From assembly GCA_043228905.1 (NCBI GenBank), contig JBHGNT010000017.1, positions 15,500,001 to 15,564,000 on the forward strand: DNA of 64,000 nt. The letters are read 5' to 3'. Of this stretch, positions 62,228 through 64,000 are shown in pieces. Positions within the stretch are counted from its first letter, which is position 1, and every line of letters begins with the position of its first letter. The notes under the pieces are model-generated. The model made no database searches and was not told the DNA's origin. It saw only the letters and a program-made list of their open reading frames with translations. Both the position numbers and the translations under genes were made by a program. Origin of the DNA: Azolla caroliniana. Taxonomy: Eukaryota; Plantae; Polypodiophyta.

Positions 62228-64000
62228 GATACATAATATATATATATATGGGTATTAATAAAGATTTGAAAATATATTTACATAAGGGTATTATCAATTA
62301 TGTTGGACAAAAAAATTACATAAGCCCATGAAATATTAGATATTTCAATGAGATAGTAAAGAATATATTATACAAACAATACTCAAATTTGGAGTAGCAT
62401 ATATACATACATACATACATACATATACATACATATACCTACATTCAAACATTACATCCATGAATATGTATATACATACATTACACCCATTTATACATGC
62501 ATACTGACTAAACATAAATATATGTAGAAATACATATTACCATATGTACATACACATACATACATGCATTACATACTACATACATATTAGAATCGGCCAT
62601 ATATATTGACATAGGAGTATACATAATACTACATAAAAATTACATATTACATATATACATACACATTCTCACAAACATTTTTATATATTACATTTTACAC
62701 ACATATATTATTATACACACAATTATATACAAATGCAAATATACAAACCAAACACAAAAAAATAAAGTACATTTTATATATATGTATACACATATACACA
62801 CATTCCATACATACAATACAATACAATATATGCATACATACATACACACACGAACATAACACACATCACACATGCATACCACCTACATTCATATATCACA
62901 CATCACACATGCGTATATACCTGTACATTCAAACATTACATCCATGAATATGTATATACATACATTACACCCATTTATACATGCATACTAATTAAACATA
63001 AATATATGTACAAATATATAACCATATGTAAATATGTACATACACATACATGCATGCATTACATACTGCATACATATTAGAATCAAGTTTCAACCATATA
63101 TATTGACATACATATATACATGTAACATAGTACATACAATAAAATTACATATGCATACATACATACACAAATGCATATATACATACAAAACACAGAAAAA
63201 TAAATTACATATTATATATATACACATACACATACATATTAATACCTAAGACTACATTTATATGTATACAAATCTTCATACTTACAAACAAGTTACATAT
63301 ATTACATATATATACACGTGCACACACACATAAATAAATTAGATATTACATAGCATATAATCCATACCTATTACACAATATACAAATTTACACATACATA
63401 AATTACATATATACATATATAGATATATTACATATGTAAATACATATTCCACATATCACCATATATATAGATTATACTGGACCATACAAACCACAATACT
63501 TACATACACACACACACATTAGGTATATGTATACTTACACATACATTGGATATATACATGCATATTACGTACATATTACAAACATAAATCCATATACGAA
63601 CCATATACATACTAAACATGAAAATATCCCAAAAATATACATACATAAATACATTACATATATACGCATACATACATTCATACATTTACATACATATGAC
63701 CACATACACACATACACATACATACATTAGATATATACATACATATTATGCACATATTACAAACACATTCATACTCATTGAATCATGTATATTGACATAT
63801 ACATATATGCATACACATACATGCATATCACCATATATATACGTACATATGCCTACAATGTTATAAGTTTTACAAGCATACATCCATACACCTATATACA
63901 TATATACATACATTACATACATGCATACACATAAATACGTTACATACACATACATACGTACGTTACATATGTACATACATATCATCACAAACTACAATAC
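62228..64000. repeat. Degenerate (TACA/TA/CA)n low-complexity array with internal duplications
   Basis: G-poor plus strand; the block ACATTCAAACATTACATCCATGAATATGTATATAC... occurs at ~62441 and ~62926. Confidence 0.85.

Overview
Eukaryotic plant genomic DNA, most likely a non-seed land plant such as a fern, lycophyte or bryophyte (inferred from the moss-like AOC and the retroelement types). The left end holds three spliced exons of an allene oxide cyclase gene on the minus strand (1873-3040); its first exon was not found. From ~6.5 kb on, the window is almost all transposon DNA: a hAT MITE and two stacks of nested LTR retrotransposons up to four levels deep, many with readable LTRs, PBS, PPT and target-site duplications (TSDs). 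Highlights: (1) an intron-containing, prokaryote-type beta-class N6-adenine/N4-cytosine DNA methyltransferase pseudogene at ~45.06-46.25 kb, which the ORF track shows only as a 67-aa fragment; (2) an unusual Ty3/gypsy lineage. It is tRNA-Trp primed, has TGTCGT...ACGACA ends, makes 4-bp CpG-centred TSDs and has an FLDD RT. It also has a -1 frameshift signal with a pseudoknot between protease and RT, a conserved pre-PPT hairpin and Gag-only partners, and some of its LTRs carry tRNA-like Pol III A/B-box modules plus RY clusters. All calls were made by eye; no searches were run.
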